This document shows, piece by piece, positions 9,410 to 18,889 of a stretch of 64,000 nt of DNA. Source of the DNA: a virus. Below the pieces are notes generated by a model that saw only the letters and a program-made list of their open reading frames with translations, was not told where the DNA came from and made no database searches. Made by a program: the position numbers and the translations under genes. Within the stretch, counting starts at the first letter, position 1; each line of letters opens with the position of its first letter. Location: positions 33,088-97,087 of IMG/VR virus record IMGVR_UViG_3300023179_007063; one strand, given 5' to 3'.

Positions 9410-10552
9410 TTAGACGATCGCTGTACAGCTTTCTATTGTCGACATGAAGTGTTCATAGTGGCGCTTAGCTACTTCTGTTGCATCTTCTCTACACAGAAGA
9501 GCATGGCTCAGCCATCGAATGACTTCGTCGAATTTCTGACGAGTTGCTTCATACATTGCGTCGTTCGATAGATAGATCGTGACGTGCGAAGACGTGAGAG
9601 ATCGATATCTCTTGGAGAGAATGCTCTCTATCTCAGGTCGATCTTGTATCATCTTCTTTAAGTTCTGAACGTGATCTTCGACTCTCTGCGCTGTACGTCT
9701 GTTCTTTATCACAACAGCAGCATCACGAATTGATATCTCATCTACTGCAGGTGATTTCTTCATGTCTATTGCAGACATTAAGTCCCCCTTAAGACTCGAT
9801 GTGACGTCTGTACCACATACGACTGCGATGTCTACCATGGTGTTTGCATTATCGACATCGAAAGGCACTCTTATCGGTATGATCTTGAATATGCCCCTGT
9901 CATTGTTGACCTTGATGGTATTCAGAACATCATCAGATAGTCCCCTAACGAAGAGCATGCACGTCTCTTTGTTCTCGGCAAGATACTCAAGAATGTGATG
10001 AATTTCACTGATGTTTTCTACGTAACCATCGATGCAAAGAACTGTTGCATTCCTATAAAGACCGGTCTGTTTTAGCAGCACAGGCAAGCTAAATACGTAT
10101 CCATCCGTGGCTTCTACAAATGAAGCTAGTGATCTGGATTTTACAACAGACAATTTACCGGTGAGAGAAGACATGTCACATGCTAAAAGAAACATGTCGA
10201 CCTCTCTCTTTCGAAGTCCTACGAAGAATAGTTTTTCTTCTATTCTATCCCGAGTAATGCCATTTATGGCATTTATGGCATTTATGGCATTTGATTCATA
10301 AGGTGCACCAGCTACAAGCTTGAGTAACTGAATGCCGGCTCCGGCCGACGTCGTCTCTGCTTTCGAAGCATATGCTAGAAGCGTTTGATAGACCCCTGCT
10401 GTGCTTTTGTCTCTGTATTTCTTATCAAAGAATATCTGTAATCTACTTCTAAGACGTAAATTGTCACCTTCTACTGAAAGTGCAGACGTGACAGATTTTG
10501 AATTTTCTATGAAGCTTCTAATTTCTTGTAGCGACGCTTCTACTTTGTTCAC
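9410..10552 (-). CDS. Divergent, truncated GroEL/Cpn60-like protein (apical domain recognisable)
   Basis: LCIDGYVENISEIHHILE...DDVLNTIKVNNDRGIFKIIPIRVP...DIAVVCG aligns by eye to the GroEL apical domain; GDGTTT loop absent; only 380 aa. Confidence 0.7.
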   Translation of the reverse strand: MNKVEASLQEIRSFIENSKSVTSALSVEGDNLRLRSRLQIFFDKKYRDKSTAGVYQTLLAYASKAETTSAGAGIQLLKLVAGAPYESNAINAINAINGITRDRIEEKLFFVGLRKREVDMFLLACDMSSLTGKLSVVKSRSLASFVEATDGYVFSLPVLLKQTGLYRNATVLCIDGYVENISEIHHILEYLAENKETCMLFVRGLSDDVLNTIKVNNDRGIFKIIPIRVPFDVDNANTMVDIAVVCGTDVTSSLKGDLMSAIDMKKSPAVDEISIRDAAVVIKNRRTAQRVEDHVQNLKKMIQDRPEIESILSKRYRSLTSSHVTIYLSNDAMYEATRQKFDEVIRWLSHALLCREDATEVAKRHYEHFMSTIESCTAIV

Positions 10553-10589
10553 TCATCTATCATACGACAAATCTGTGTATTGAACAAGA

Positions 10590-11114
10590 TCACATGTGCT
10601 TCTCAATCCAATTGAAGATGAGCGTAATTGCTCCTCCGCCCAGGGCTACTACTATCCACTTGATGATCGATCCAGCCTGATCTTTTGATCTTGTAAGATG
10701 GTCGACGGTCTTTTCTAGCTGAACTATCTTGTCAGCATTATCATCGACATTTTGCTCGTGCTTCGTGTCTGACTTTTCTTGGTGTTTCTTCCATTCAGTA
10801 AGCTCTGCTAGCTTCTGTGACGTCTCACCGTGTTGTTGAGCGTTTTCAATCTTAGCAGCTCCGATCTTGGCAAAGATTCCATCGATAGGATCGTAGATCG
10901 AGTCGTGTATCTTGTCGACTTTTGTGACTATTTGTCCCTGGCATTGCTCGATTTTATCAATCTTGAATAGAAGAGTATCAAATCCACCGTTGAGAGCTGC
11001 GCTAGACGTTATCTTTCGCTGAATCTCCTCGAGCAGCTCTGACTCTTTCTTTTGTTCTATCTTCTGGTTCGTAACTGCAATAGGACGAACAGAAAGTCTT
11101 TTTGCCATGTACAT
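10590..11114 (-). CDS. Coiled-coil protein with C-terminal transmembrane segment
   Basis: Heptad-rich body; C-terminal IIKWIVVALGGGAITLIFNWI. Confidence 0.65.
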   Translation of the reverse strand: MYMAKRLSVRPIAVTNQKIEQKKESELLEEIQRKITSSAALNGGFDTLLFKIDKIEQCQGQIVTKVDKIHDSIYDPIDGIFAKIGAAKIENAQQHGETSQKLAELTEWKKHQEKSDTKHEQNVDDNADKIVQLEKTVDHLTRSKDQAGSIIKWIVVALGGGAITLIFNWIEKHM

Positions 11115-11192
11115 TCTCCGGGCGACTAAGTAGATTCCTCTCTTAAATAGTAAGAATTTTAAGTCTTAAAGAAAAAATAGGAATTCAGAGAA

Positions 11193-13208
11193 ATGGCAAA
11201 TTTCAGAGACGCAGTGTTCGTAGATCCGAACAAATTAATACGCGATGATGCAGATATCATATTTGTTTCCGATCTTTTTGAAGAAGACTACGTCGGCGGT
11301 GCAGAGCTGACAACTGAAGCTCTCATCCAGGAATCTCCCTACAAAATTCAGAAATTGCACTCAAGAGATGTGAAGTTAGCTCACCTGTCACAAGGCGTAG
11401 CTAAAACGTGGCTCTTCGGAAATTTCTCACAGATTAATCCCGAGCTAATCCCCAGCATCATTGCGAACCTTAAGTACTCGGTCTTAGAGTACGACTACAA
11501 GTATTGCAAGTATAGATCACCAGAGAAGCATGAAGCATCTACTGGTGATAAGTGTGACTGCCAGAACAACCTATCGGGAAAGCTGGTCTCTGCTTTCTAT
11601 TACGGTTCATTGTGCATGTGGTGGATGTCAGAGAAGCAGAAGCAAAGATATCTGGAACTGTTTCCGTTCTTGTCTGAGAAAGACAACATCGTACTATCTA
11701 GTGTATTTTCAAAAAATACTCTGGGCACCATCCAGATCCTACGAACAGCTGCTTCAAAGAACGAACGTAAGGGCTGGGTTGTCCTTGGTTCTGACTCTTG
11801 GGTAAAGGGGGCAGAGGCTGCCAAGAAGTGGTGCGAAGACAACGGCAAAGATGCTCAAGTCATTTGGAACTTGAGATACGATGAGACGCTAGCTAAGCTT
11901 GCAGCAGCTGAGGGTTTTGTTTATCTGCCAGCCGGCGCAGACACTTGTCCTCGAATGGTCATCGAAGCGAAGTTGCTAGGATGTAAGCTCGAGCTGAATG
12001 ACAACGTTCAGCACAGAGACGAAGAGTGGTTTGCAACCGACGACATCGACAGCATTCACGACTATCTATATGCAGCTCCTACAACTTTCTGGAACGTGAT
12101 TCGACACCTCATGGATAAGAAGCCGACGATCTCAGGCTACACAACGACATACAACTGCGTAACACAAGGTTATCCGTTCGAGCAGAGCATCAGGTCCATG
12201 ATGCAGTTCTGTGATGAGGTATGCGTAGTCGATGGAGGATCTACTGATGAGACACCCGAGAAGCTCTTTCAGCTTCAGATGGAGAACAGCGGTCTAGACG
12301 GCAAAGGTCGAGAAGACTTCATGCTTAGTATGGAGACCGGTCCCGATGGGATCAAACTTCGAGATGCTATGGAAAAGCTCAATGAGATTTCCAAGGTCAA
12401 GGTCAAGTTCATTGCTAGAGACTGGTCACATCCACGTCATGCTGTGTTCGATGGCATGCAGAAGGCCGAGGCTAGGAAGATGTGCATGGGAGAGTTCTGC
12501 TGGCAGATGGATTCCGATGAGATAGTGCACGAAGACGACTTCTCGAAGGTGTCTGACTTGTGTAGCAAGATGCCTAAGAACGTTGATCTTATATCGCTCC
12601 CTGTCGTCGAGTATTGGGGCGGCTCTGAAAAAGTTCGTGTCGACATACAGCCCTGGAAGTGGCGTCTCAGCAGAAACCAGTCGTACATAACTCACGGAAT
12701 TCCCGTAGAGCTACGTGCCAAAGATGGAAATGGAGACGTCTATGCTTCGAGTGGAACAGACGGTTGTGATCTGATCCACACAGAGTCAGGAGAACGTATA
12801 CCGCACCTTACTTTCCACAACGAAGACTCTGAAAAGTTGAGGCTAGCTGCTATGTCAGGCAACGCCGCAGCACTCAAGCAGTATGAGACGTGGTTCAATG
12901 CCGTCGTAGAAAACTTACCGGGCGTACACCACTATTCTTGGTTTGACATTCCCAGAAAGATGAGACTCTATCGTGACTACTGGACACGTCACTGGAACTC
13001 TCTGTTCAACAAGTCTCTCGAAGACACTGCAGAGACGAACATGATGTTTGATCTACCTTGGGCTGAAGTGACAGAAGAGATGATCGAGGCCCGTGCGAAA
13101 GAACTAGCAGAAAAGACGGGAGGTTGGATCTGGCATCAGAAGTGGAATGGTCAGAATATACCTTCGATCAAGTGCGGTAGAAGTCAACCAAATCTAATGG
13201 CTCTTTGA
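11193..13208 (+). CDS. Two-domain glycosyltransferase (GT-B/GT4-like + GT-A/GT2)
   Basis: GGAE and DTCPRMVIEA in the N-half; TTTYN, VVDGGSTDET and QMDSDE in the C-half. Confidence 0.85.
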   Translation: MANFRDAVFVDPNKLIRDDADIIFVSDLFEEDYVGGAELTTEALIQESPYKIQKLHSRDVKLAHLSQGVAKTWLFGNFSQINPELIPSIIANLKYSVLEYDYKYCKYRSPEKHEASTGDKCDCQNNLSGKLVSAFYYGSLCMWWMSEKQKQRYLELFPFLSEKDNIVLSSVFSKNTLGTIQILRTAASKNERKGWVVLGSDSWVKGAEAAKKWCEDNGKDAQVIWNLRYDETLAKLAAAEGFVYLPAGADTCPRMVIEAKLLGCKLELNDNVQHRDEEWFATDDIDSIHDYLYAAPTTFWNVIRHLMDKKPTISGYTTTYNCVTQGYPFEQSIRSMMQFCDEVCVVDGGSTDETPEKLFQLQMENSGLDGKGREDFMLSMETGPDGIKLRDAMEKLNEISKVKVKFIARDWSHPRHAVFDGMQKAEARKMCMGEFCWQMDSDEIVHEDDFSKVSDLCSKMPKNVDLISLPVVEYWGGSEKVRVDIQPWKWRLSRNQSYITHGIPVELRAKDGNGDVYASSGTDGCDLIHTESGERIPHLTFHNEDSEKLRLAAMSGNAAALKQYETWFNAVVENLPGVHHYSWFDIPRKMRLYRDYWTRHWNSLFNKSLEDTAETNMMFDLPWAEVTEEMIEARAKELAEKTGGWIWHQKWNGQNIPSIKCGRSQPNLMAL

Positions 13209-13221
13209 GAGAAGGAACCTA

Positions 13222-13947
13222 ATGAAAATTATAGACATAAGGAAGAAGCTTGAAGAATTGGGAACAAGTGTCTCAAGCATTCCACTTGGAGATTTTGACT
13301 ATATTGGAAAATTTACAGCAGAAAGAATGAGAGATAGGGGGTCAGATCTCTATAACAAAGTAGGGGCCTTCTATAGATCGAATTACGAAAGAGGAATTTT
13401 GATCAGTACTCTTATCAAGACCTATAAGATTGAGTCAGTTTTAGAGATAGGTTTTGGTAGAGGATATTCTACCTTCTGTGCTGCAAAAACATTTGATGAG
13501 CTTGGTATACAAGGGAAGATACACACAATTGATCCTAATTTCGATCAAAACCTAATTCAGAGTCTAAAAAGTGTATTTCCTCAAAAATGGTTCAGCTATA
13601 TAACTTTTATGAATGGAACATCAAGAGATGTTCTTCCATCTATTAGAGAAGAATATGATCTCATATACATCGATGGAGACCACTCATATGAGGGAACAAA
13701 ATTTGACTGGGAGATGACTAAAAACAAGTGGAAAAAGTGTCTTCTATTTGATGACTATCATCTACCAACAAAGAACGACCCGGGAATTCAATGCAGAGAA
13801 TTGATCGATACTATCGAAGATCCTTCAAAAGAATTGATCATAGGAGATAGAAGAATATTCTTTGATGATAGAAGACTACCTGACGATAAGATAGACTACG
13901 GTCAAGTCCTATTGACAAAACAGGGAATCATTAGCAATGACTGGTAA
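13222..13947 (+). CDS. Class I SAM-dependent methyltransferase (Methyltransf_24-like)
   Basis: VLEIGFGRGYST, YDLIYIDGDHSYE, LFDDY; visibly AT-richer than its flanks. Confidence 0.85.
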   Translation: MKIIDIRKKLEELGTSVSSIPLGDFDYIGKFTAERMRDRGSDLYNKVGAFYRSNYERGILISTLIKTYKIESVLEIGFGRGYSTFCAAKTFDELGIQGKIHTIDPNFDQNLIQSLKSVFPQKWFSYITFMNGTSRDVLPSIREEYDLIYIDGDHSYEGTKFDWEMTKNKWKKCLLFDDYHLPTKNDPGIQCRELIDTIEDPSKELIIGDRRIFFDDRRLPDDKIDYGQVLLTKQGIISNDW

Positions 13948-14662
13948 TAGATTCGTGTTTGTGTGTCCAATGTTTAATGCATCCAAGACGCTTGAGAGAC
14001 TTTTACACTCACTCTATGGACAGTCATACGAAGACTGGAAAATCATTATACTAGATGACGTTTCAGACAAGAACGATTCTATGCGTTGCAACGAGATTAT
14101 CTACTCGTTTAGAAATTTCGGCTACGGCAAGATCAAGATCATTCACAACTCAGAGAAGAAGTGGGAAGTTGCAAATGTTCTTCATGGCATCTCGATGTGC
14201 GATGATAACGACATCGTCTGCAGGATAGATGCTGATGACTGGTTGACCGATCTGGATGCGCTAGCAATCATAGACTCGACCTATCAACAGACAGGATGTG
14301 ATGCTCTTTGGACTGCTCATCGGTGGAGCTTTAGCGACAAGAACATCAGCGGTCCCATGCCTGAAGATGCTGATCCTTATGTGTTTCCTTGGGTTTCAAG
14401 TCATCTGAAGACGTTTCGAAAGAGCCTCATCAATGACGTCAAAGACGAGAACTTTAGAGGGGAAGATGGCAACTACATTCGTAGAGCCGGCGATCAAGCA
14501 ATCTATCTTCCCGTTCTCAAGAAAGCAAAGAAACGCTTGTTCTTACCGCGAGTGATGTACCACTATACTATCAAAGACGTCCCAGAGACCTATCAAACTG
14601 ATGACGCCAGGTTTCAGAGAGACGAAGCTGTCTTCTTGAGGAAAAGGGGTTACATAGAATGA
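13937..14662 (+). CDS. GT2-family glycosyltransferase
   Basis: CPMFNA, QSYEDW, ILDDVSD, RIDADDWL. Confidence 0.88.
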   Translation: MTGNRFVFVCPMFNASKTLERLLHSLYGQSYEDWKIIILDDVSDKNDSMRCNEIIYSFRNFGYGKIKIIHNSEKKWEVANVLHGISMCDDNDIVCRIDADDWLTDLDALAIIDSTYQQTGCDALWTAHRWSFSDKNISGPMPEDADPYVFPWVSSHLKTFRKSLINDVKDENFRGEDGNYIRRAGDQAIYLPVLKKAKKRLFLPRVMYHYTIKDVPETYQTDDARFQRDEAVFLRKRGYIE

Positions 14663-15027
14663 AATCTACCGTAAACGAAACGATTACAAAGCTTCTGGTA
14701 GAGAGGTTGCAGTGGAGGAAAGAACAAAAGCTTGACACGTCTACCTGCTCAGAGATATACCAAGACATCTTCTTTACTCTTTCTGAGATAGTGAAAGAGG
14801 CTAACACGCCGCTTAGCAATGAGTCAGTGAACCTGCTGTCGCAAATGTACTATGACAGTGTGACAGTACAGACGTCATCAGGTCCCATGGAGCTAGATCC
14901 TAACATCTTCACCCAGCGTGCCAAGATAGAAAATATCCCAACAAAGGAGCTAGCTCTTCTTGCTACGATGATGAATGGAACACCCTATGGCGACATCTTC
15001 GTCGGTGCTGTCAAGAGGCGGTCTTGA
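14659..15027 (+). CDS. Hypothetical protein
   Basis: 122 aa, 4-nt overlaps with both neighbours. Confidence 0.65.
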   Translation: MKSTVNETITKLLVERLQWRKEQKLDTSTCSEIYQDIFFTLSEIVKEANTPLSNESVNLLSQMYYDSVTVQTSSGPMELDPNIFTQRAKIENIPTKELALLATMMNGTPYGDIFVGAVKRRS

Positions 15028-15965
15028 AGGTACACGTCGACAATGTCGACCCAGCATCAAGAAGTGGTCCTAACTCTTTTGCATTTCGACTAACAACAGA
15101 GCTTGTCAAGCGAGGTCACACTGTCGCTCTAGACAGTGGAAAAGATGCAGACGTCTCTCTCATTTTCATAGAGCCTTCGGGAAGACAACTTGCAAAGCGA
15201 ACAGTACAACGTCTAGATGGAATATGGTTTGCACCTGACGAGTTCCACCACAAGAATTCAAACATCAAGCAGATTTATCACCAAGCTGACCATGTCATAT
15301 GGCAGTCTCAGTTTGACAGAAACATGACGACTACCTGGTGGGGTTCTCCTCGAGAGGGTTCAGTTGTCTCAAACGGCGCCTCAAACAGTTACAAGAAGTT
15401 TGACGCTGTAGAGGCTCAGATGGGTCTCCTCAGAGAGAAACACGAGAAGATCTTCGTGTGTTCTGCGAACTGGCATCCTCAGAAGAGACTGAAGGACAAC
15501 ATCCGTCTCTTTCGACACCTCAAGACCCACTATCCCACAGCGTGTCTCATTGTCATGGGATCTAACGGACACAACGGTGGCGAGTCTGACGTGTACGTAG
15601 TGGGAAACCAGCCTCACGATGTGTGCATGCAAGTCTTCGAAGCATCGGACTGGATGTTACACCTCGCGTGGCTAGACCACTGTCCCAACACCGTAGTAGA
15701 GTCCCTGTCCGTAGGAACACCAGTCATCTGCACAGAAGACGGAGGAACACGAGAGATTGTGGGAGACTATGGCATTGTCCTTCGCGAAGACGTGAAGTAC
15801 AACTACGAGCTGAAAGACTACGACTCGCCCCCTCCTATTGACGTGACACAGGTAGGTATCCTACCATCGAAGAACGACCTGGGTGACCACCCAGACTTAT
15901 CGATAGAAACAAGTGCAAGTAACTACATTAGAATATTCGAAGATTTACTAAAGAAGATACCATGA
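15024..15965 (+). CDS. GT4-like glycosyltransferase
   Basis: SGPNSF, ADHVIWQS, DHCPNTVVESLSVGTPVI, GGTREIVG. Confidence 0.85.
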   Translation: MKVHVDNVDPASRSGPNSFAFRLTTELVKRGHTVALDSGKDADVSLIFIEPSGRQLAKRTVQRLDGIWFAPDEFHHKNSNIKQIYHQADHVIWQSQFDRNMTTTWWGSPREGSVVSNGASNSYKKFDAVEAQMGLLREKHEKIFVCSANWHPQKRLKDNIRLFRHLKTHYPTACLIVMGSNGHNGGESDVYVVGNQPHDVCMQVFEASDWMLHLAWLDHCPNTVVESLSVGTPVICTEDGGTREIVGDYGIVLREDVKYNYELKDYDSPPPIDVTQVGILPSKNDLGDHPDLSIETSASNYIRIFEDLLKKIP

Positions 15966-16858
15966 ACAAAGTCTACGTTCTACCACCTCGAGAAGATTGG
16001 ATTGTTGACAGGTTTGTCAAAGAGTGGAATGAAGACAACTCCGACATTAGTGTGCATCACCCGAAAGATGCACAAGTTGTGTGGCTACTAGCAGACTGGT
16101 GTTGGGAGCGACTCTGGAGAAGTGGTGCGCTGAAAGACAAGAAGGTGATCACAACTGTGCACCACATAGTACCAGAGAAATTCGGACATCAGCAACGCCA
16201 AGAGTTCGATGTAAGAGACAAGATCACAACTGCGTATCACGTCTATAACGAGAGGACACTAGACTTTATTCGTCCGATGACAGACAAGCCCGTACACTTC
16301 ATCAAATACTGGGCAAATCAGAAAATCTGGAATGTAACTGAGTCGAAGTCAGAACTGCGCAAGAAGTACGACATACCTGAAGATGGTGTGAAAGTAATTG
16401 GATCATTTCAGAGAGACACTGAGGGTCACGATCTCAAGAGTCCAAAGCTGGAGAAAGGTCCCGATCTTTTTGCTGACTACGTAGGAAAGCTGGCGGAGAA
16501 ACCCTTCGTTCTACTTGCAGGCTGGAGAAGACAATACGTGATCAGTCGCCTAGAGACTATGGGCATTCCTTACAAGTACTTCGAAAGGCCCGATCAAAGC
16601 ACAGTCAACGAGCTTTATCAGTGCTTGGACTTGTATGTTGTTTCAGCTAGACACGAAGGAGGTCCACAGTCACTCATCGAATGTGGACTTACTAATGTAC
16701 CTGTCATCTCAACTCCCGTTGGAATTGCCGAACAAGTTCTACCGAGCAGTGCGATAAATGTCGATCTCGCAAAAGCAGAACCTGCAATACCCGATGTCGA
16801 CAGTTGGAAACTGCCAGACGGCTATTTGCTGTATAGAAAGCTGATAAATTCTCTCTAG
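15962..16858 (+). CDS. GT4-like glycosyltransferase
   Basis: EKGPD, DLYVVSARHEGGPQSLIECG..PVISTPVG. Confidence 0.85.
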   Translation: MNKVYVLPPREDWIVDRFVKEWNEDNSDISVHHPKDAQVVWLLADWCWERLWRSGALKDKKVITTVHHIVPEKFGHQQRQEFDVRDKITTAYHVYNERTLDFIRPMTDKPVHFIKYWANQKIWNVTESKSELRKKYDIPEDGVKVIGSFQRDTEGHDLKSPKLEKGPDLFADYVGKLAEKPFVLLAGWRRQYVISRLETMGIPYKYFERPDQSTVNELYQCLDLYVVSARHEGGPQSLIECGLTNVPVISTPVGIAEQVLPSSAINVDLAKAEPAIPDVDSWKLPDGYLLYRKLINSL

Positions 16859-16885
16859 AGTGTGGTACCTTATGTCAAGGTACAC

Positions 16886-17022
16886 ATGAAGATAGCAGGT
16901 ATTTGGTCAGGTCACGATTGCTCGTATTGCATACTTGATTCCGGAAAACCGGTTGCTTCTTGGGAACCAACATCGACTATTTATACTTTCCCGAGTACAA
17001 CAAGATCTTGAGGAGAAAGTGA
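16886..17022 (+). pseudogene. Internally deleted carbamoyltransferase (NodU/CmcH/TobZ family) remnant
   Basis: ATG 16886 gives MKIAGIWSGHDCSYCILDSGKPV (family-like N-terminus). It joins out of frame to CFLGTNIDYLYFPEYNKILRRK* (16954-17022, family-like C-terminus), whose stop overlaps the next GTG. Confidence 0.7.
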
Positions 17023-17951
17023 AAGTCTTCTTCAACAGACACCTGAGGCGTACACCCTGGGGAGGTGGAGTCCATTTTGCTACTGGTCTAGCTGACTACT
17101 TGGAGCATAATGGACACAAAGCAACAACTGAGTACGAAGATGACGTCGATGTCATTCTAATGTTAGACCCCCGAGATGACGAAGGTTTCGGAAGAGTAGA
17201 ACATCTGATATCTTACAAAAAACATCTTCGAGAAAAGGGCAGAAATGTAAAAGTAGTTCACAGGATAAACGATACTGACGTAGCAAGAGGAACAAATTTC
17301 CTAGTCGACCTCAACATCAAGGCAAATTCGGCTATAGCTGATGAGACTGTCTTCATAAGCTCGTGGTTGAAAAACCACTATGAAGACAGAGGATTTAGTC
17401 GAAATAGCAGCGTCATAACAAATGGTTGCAATCAAAAGTGGTTTTACCCGAGGTCAACAAACAGCATAGAAGGCCCAGTTAGAGTAGTCACACATCACTG
17501 GTCGGACAACTACAACAAGGGATTTGATGCATACATTGAGCTTGATAAGCAGCTTTCTCATAGAAGCGACATAGAATTTACATACGTCGGAAGATACTTC
17601 AAAGGCTACGCACCTACAAATACAAAAATCATACAGCCTCTATATGGAATGCCACTAGCGGATGAGCTTAGAAAGCACGACGTGTATCTAACAGCAGCAC
17701 GCTGGGAAGCGTGTGGAATGCATCACATCGAAGCTTCTTCTTGCGGCCTACCCGTAGTATATCACAGAGACGGAGGAGGCATCAATGAAGTCTGTGAATC
17801 ACACGGAATTCAATTCGAAGACCCGTCCAGAGTGTGCGATGTCATCTTAGAAGCCTTTAAACAACGCATCGAGCTATCTTCAAAAATTGCATACGAAAAG
17901 CTAGACAGTGATCAAGTAAATGCAATGTACTTGAAGGTGCTGTCAGTATGA
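17019..17951 (+). CDS. GT4-like glycosyltransferase
   Basis: Start moved to GTG 17019 (AGGAG at 17011); PWGGG, NKGFD, HDVYLTAARWEACGMHHIEA..CGLPVV. Confidence 0.85.
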   Translation: MKVFFNRHLRRTPWGGGVHFATGLADYLEHNGHKATTEYEDDVDVILMLDPRDDEGFGRVEHLISYKKHLREKGRNVKVVHRINDTDVARGTNFLVDLNIKANSAIADETVFISSWLKNHYEDRGFSRNSSVITNGCNQKWFYPRSTNSIEGPVRVVTHHWSDNYNKGFDAYIELDKQLSHRSDIEFTYVGRYFKGYAPTNTKIIQPLYGMPLADELRKHDVYLTAARWEACGMHHIEASSCGLPVVYHRDGGGINEVCESHGIQFEDPSRVCDVILEAFKQRIELSSKIAYEKLDSDQVNAMYLKVLSV

Positions 17952-18886
17952 AGATCATTGCCATAACTCCTGATAGAAAGAGAGACTATACAACAGAGCT
18001 CACACTGGAGGGTCTTAGAGATCTAGGTTGCAATGTAATCGTATCAGATGCAGGAAATGGCATAGAAGAAGCTGCATCCGAAGAGTCGATACTTGAAACT
18101 CACGATGCAGACGCTGTCATAGCTTTCTTTGGTAAAGTTAGAGGAAATAGACCTCCGAAGTATCATCTCCTAGACGATCTAAAGAAGAGATACAAGACAG
18201 CCTACATCGATGGGAGCGAGTGGACATGTACAGGTTATCCAAGTGAAGGTCAGATGTCTGACTCTTTGTCAAAGCCAGAGAGGCGAAGAGGTCATCCTTG
18301 GATTAATCAGCACATGAAAGACATCACAGATTTCTACTATAAGAGAGAGTGTTATCCACAAGATCTCGAAGAAGGAATCATTCCGCTTCCATTTTGTCTA
18401 TCAAGTCGACACATATCTGAGACAGTCAATAAAGACATAGACGTTATGTGTGTTTTTGGTCACAGTCTAACAGGTATGAGAAGAGAAGTAGTTCAAGAGT
18501 GCATGAATCTCAGAAGCAAGACTTCGTACAACATAGTAATAGCCGACAATTTAGATTCTCTCACTTATAGAAGCGTACTGTCTAGATCTAAAATTGTCAT
18601 CGACGCCTGGGGAGGCGGAGACACCTGTGACAGATTCTTCGAAGCCATAGGCTCGGGCGCGTGCTGTCTATATCAGAGATACAATGTAGTAGTTGAGAAT
18701 CCTTTCAGTGATTTCGAAAATGCTGTTTCGTATTGGGATACATCCACCTTGATAGACAGACTATCGATGCTGTTATCTTCCCCAGAGATTAGTAGGTTGA
18801 TAGGTGAAAATGGAAAACACCACGCCATGAAATACCATACAGCGGCTATAAGAGCACAAAAAATACTCAACAATTTTCAGGTGTAG
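17948..18886 (+). CDS. GT-B glycosyltransferase-like (CgeB/Glyco_trans_1_2-like)
   Basis: LSRSKIVIDAWGGGDTCDRFFEAIGSGAC; IGENGK..AMKYHT. Confidence 0.7.
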   Translation: MKIIAITPDRKRDYTTELTLEGLRDLGCNVIVSDAGNGIEEAASEESILETHDADAVIAFFGKVRGNRPPKYHLLDDLKKRYKTAYIDGSEWTCTGYPSEGQMSDSLSKPERRRGHPWINQHMKDITDFYYKRECYPQDLEEGIIPLPFCLSSRHISETVNKDIDVMCVFGHSLTGMRREVVQECMNLRSKTSYNIVIADNLDSLTYRSVLSRSKIVIDAWGGGDTCDRFFEAIGSGACCLYQRYNVVVENPFSDFENAVSYWDTSTLIDRLSMLLSSPEISRLIGENGKHHAMKYHTAAIRAQKILNNFQV

Positions 18887-18889
18887 ACA

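Noticed and set aside
10258-10292. 9-bp tandem repeat (NAINAINAING) in the GroEL-like gene
   Set aside because: Short in-frame slippage with no evidence of function.
16935-17018. N-terminal extension of the 17019 GT
   Set aside because: Overlaps the carbamoyltransferase scar; RBS and GTGA coupling point to 17019.
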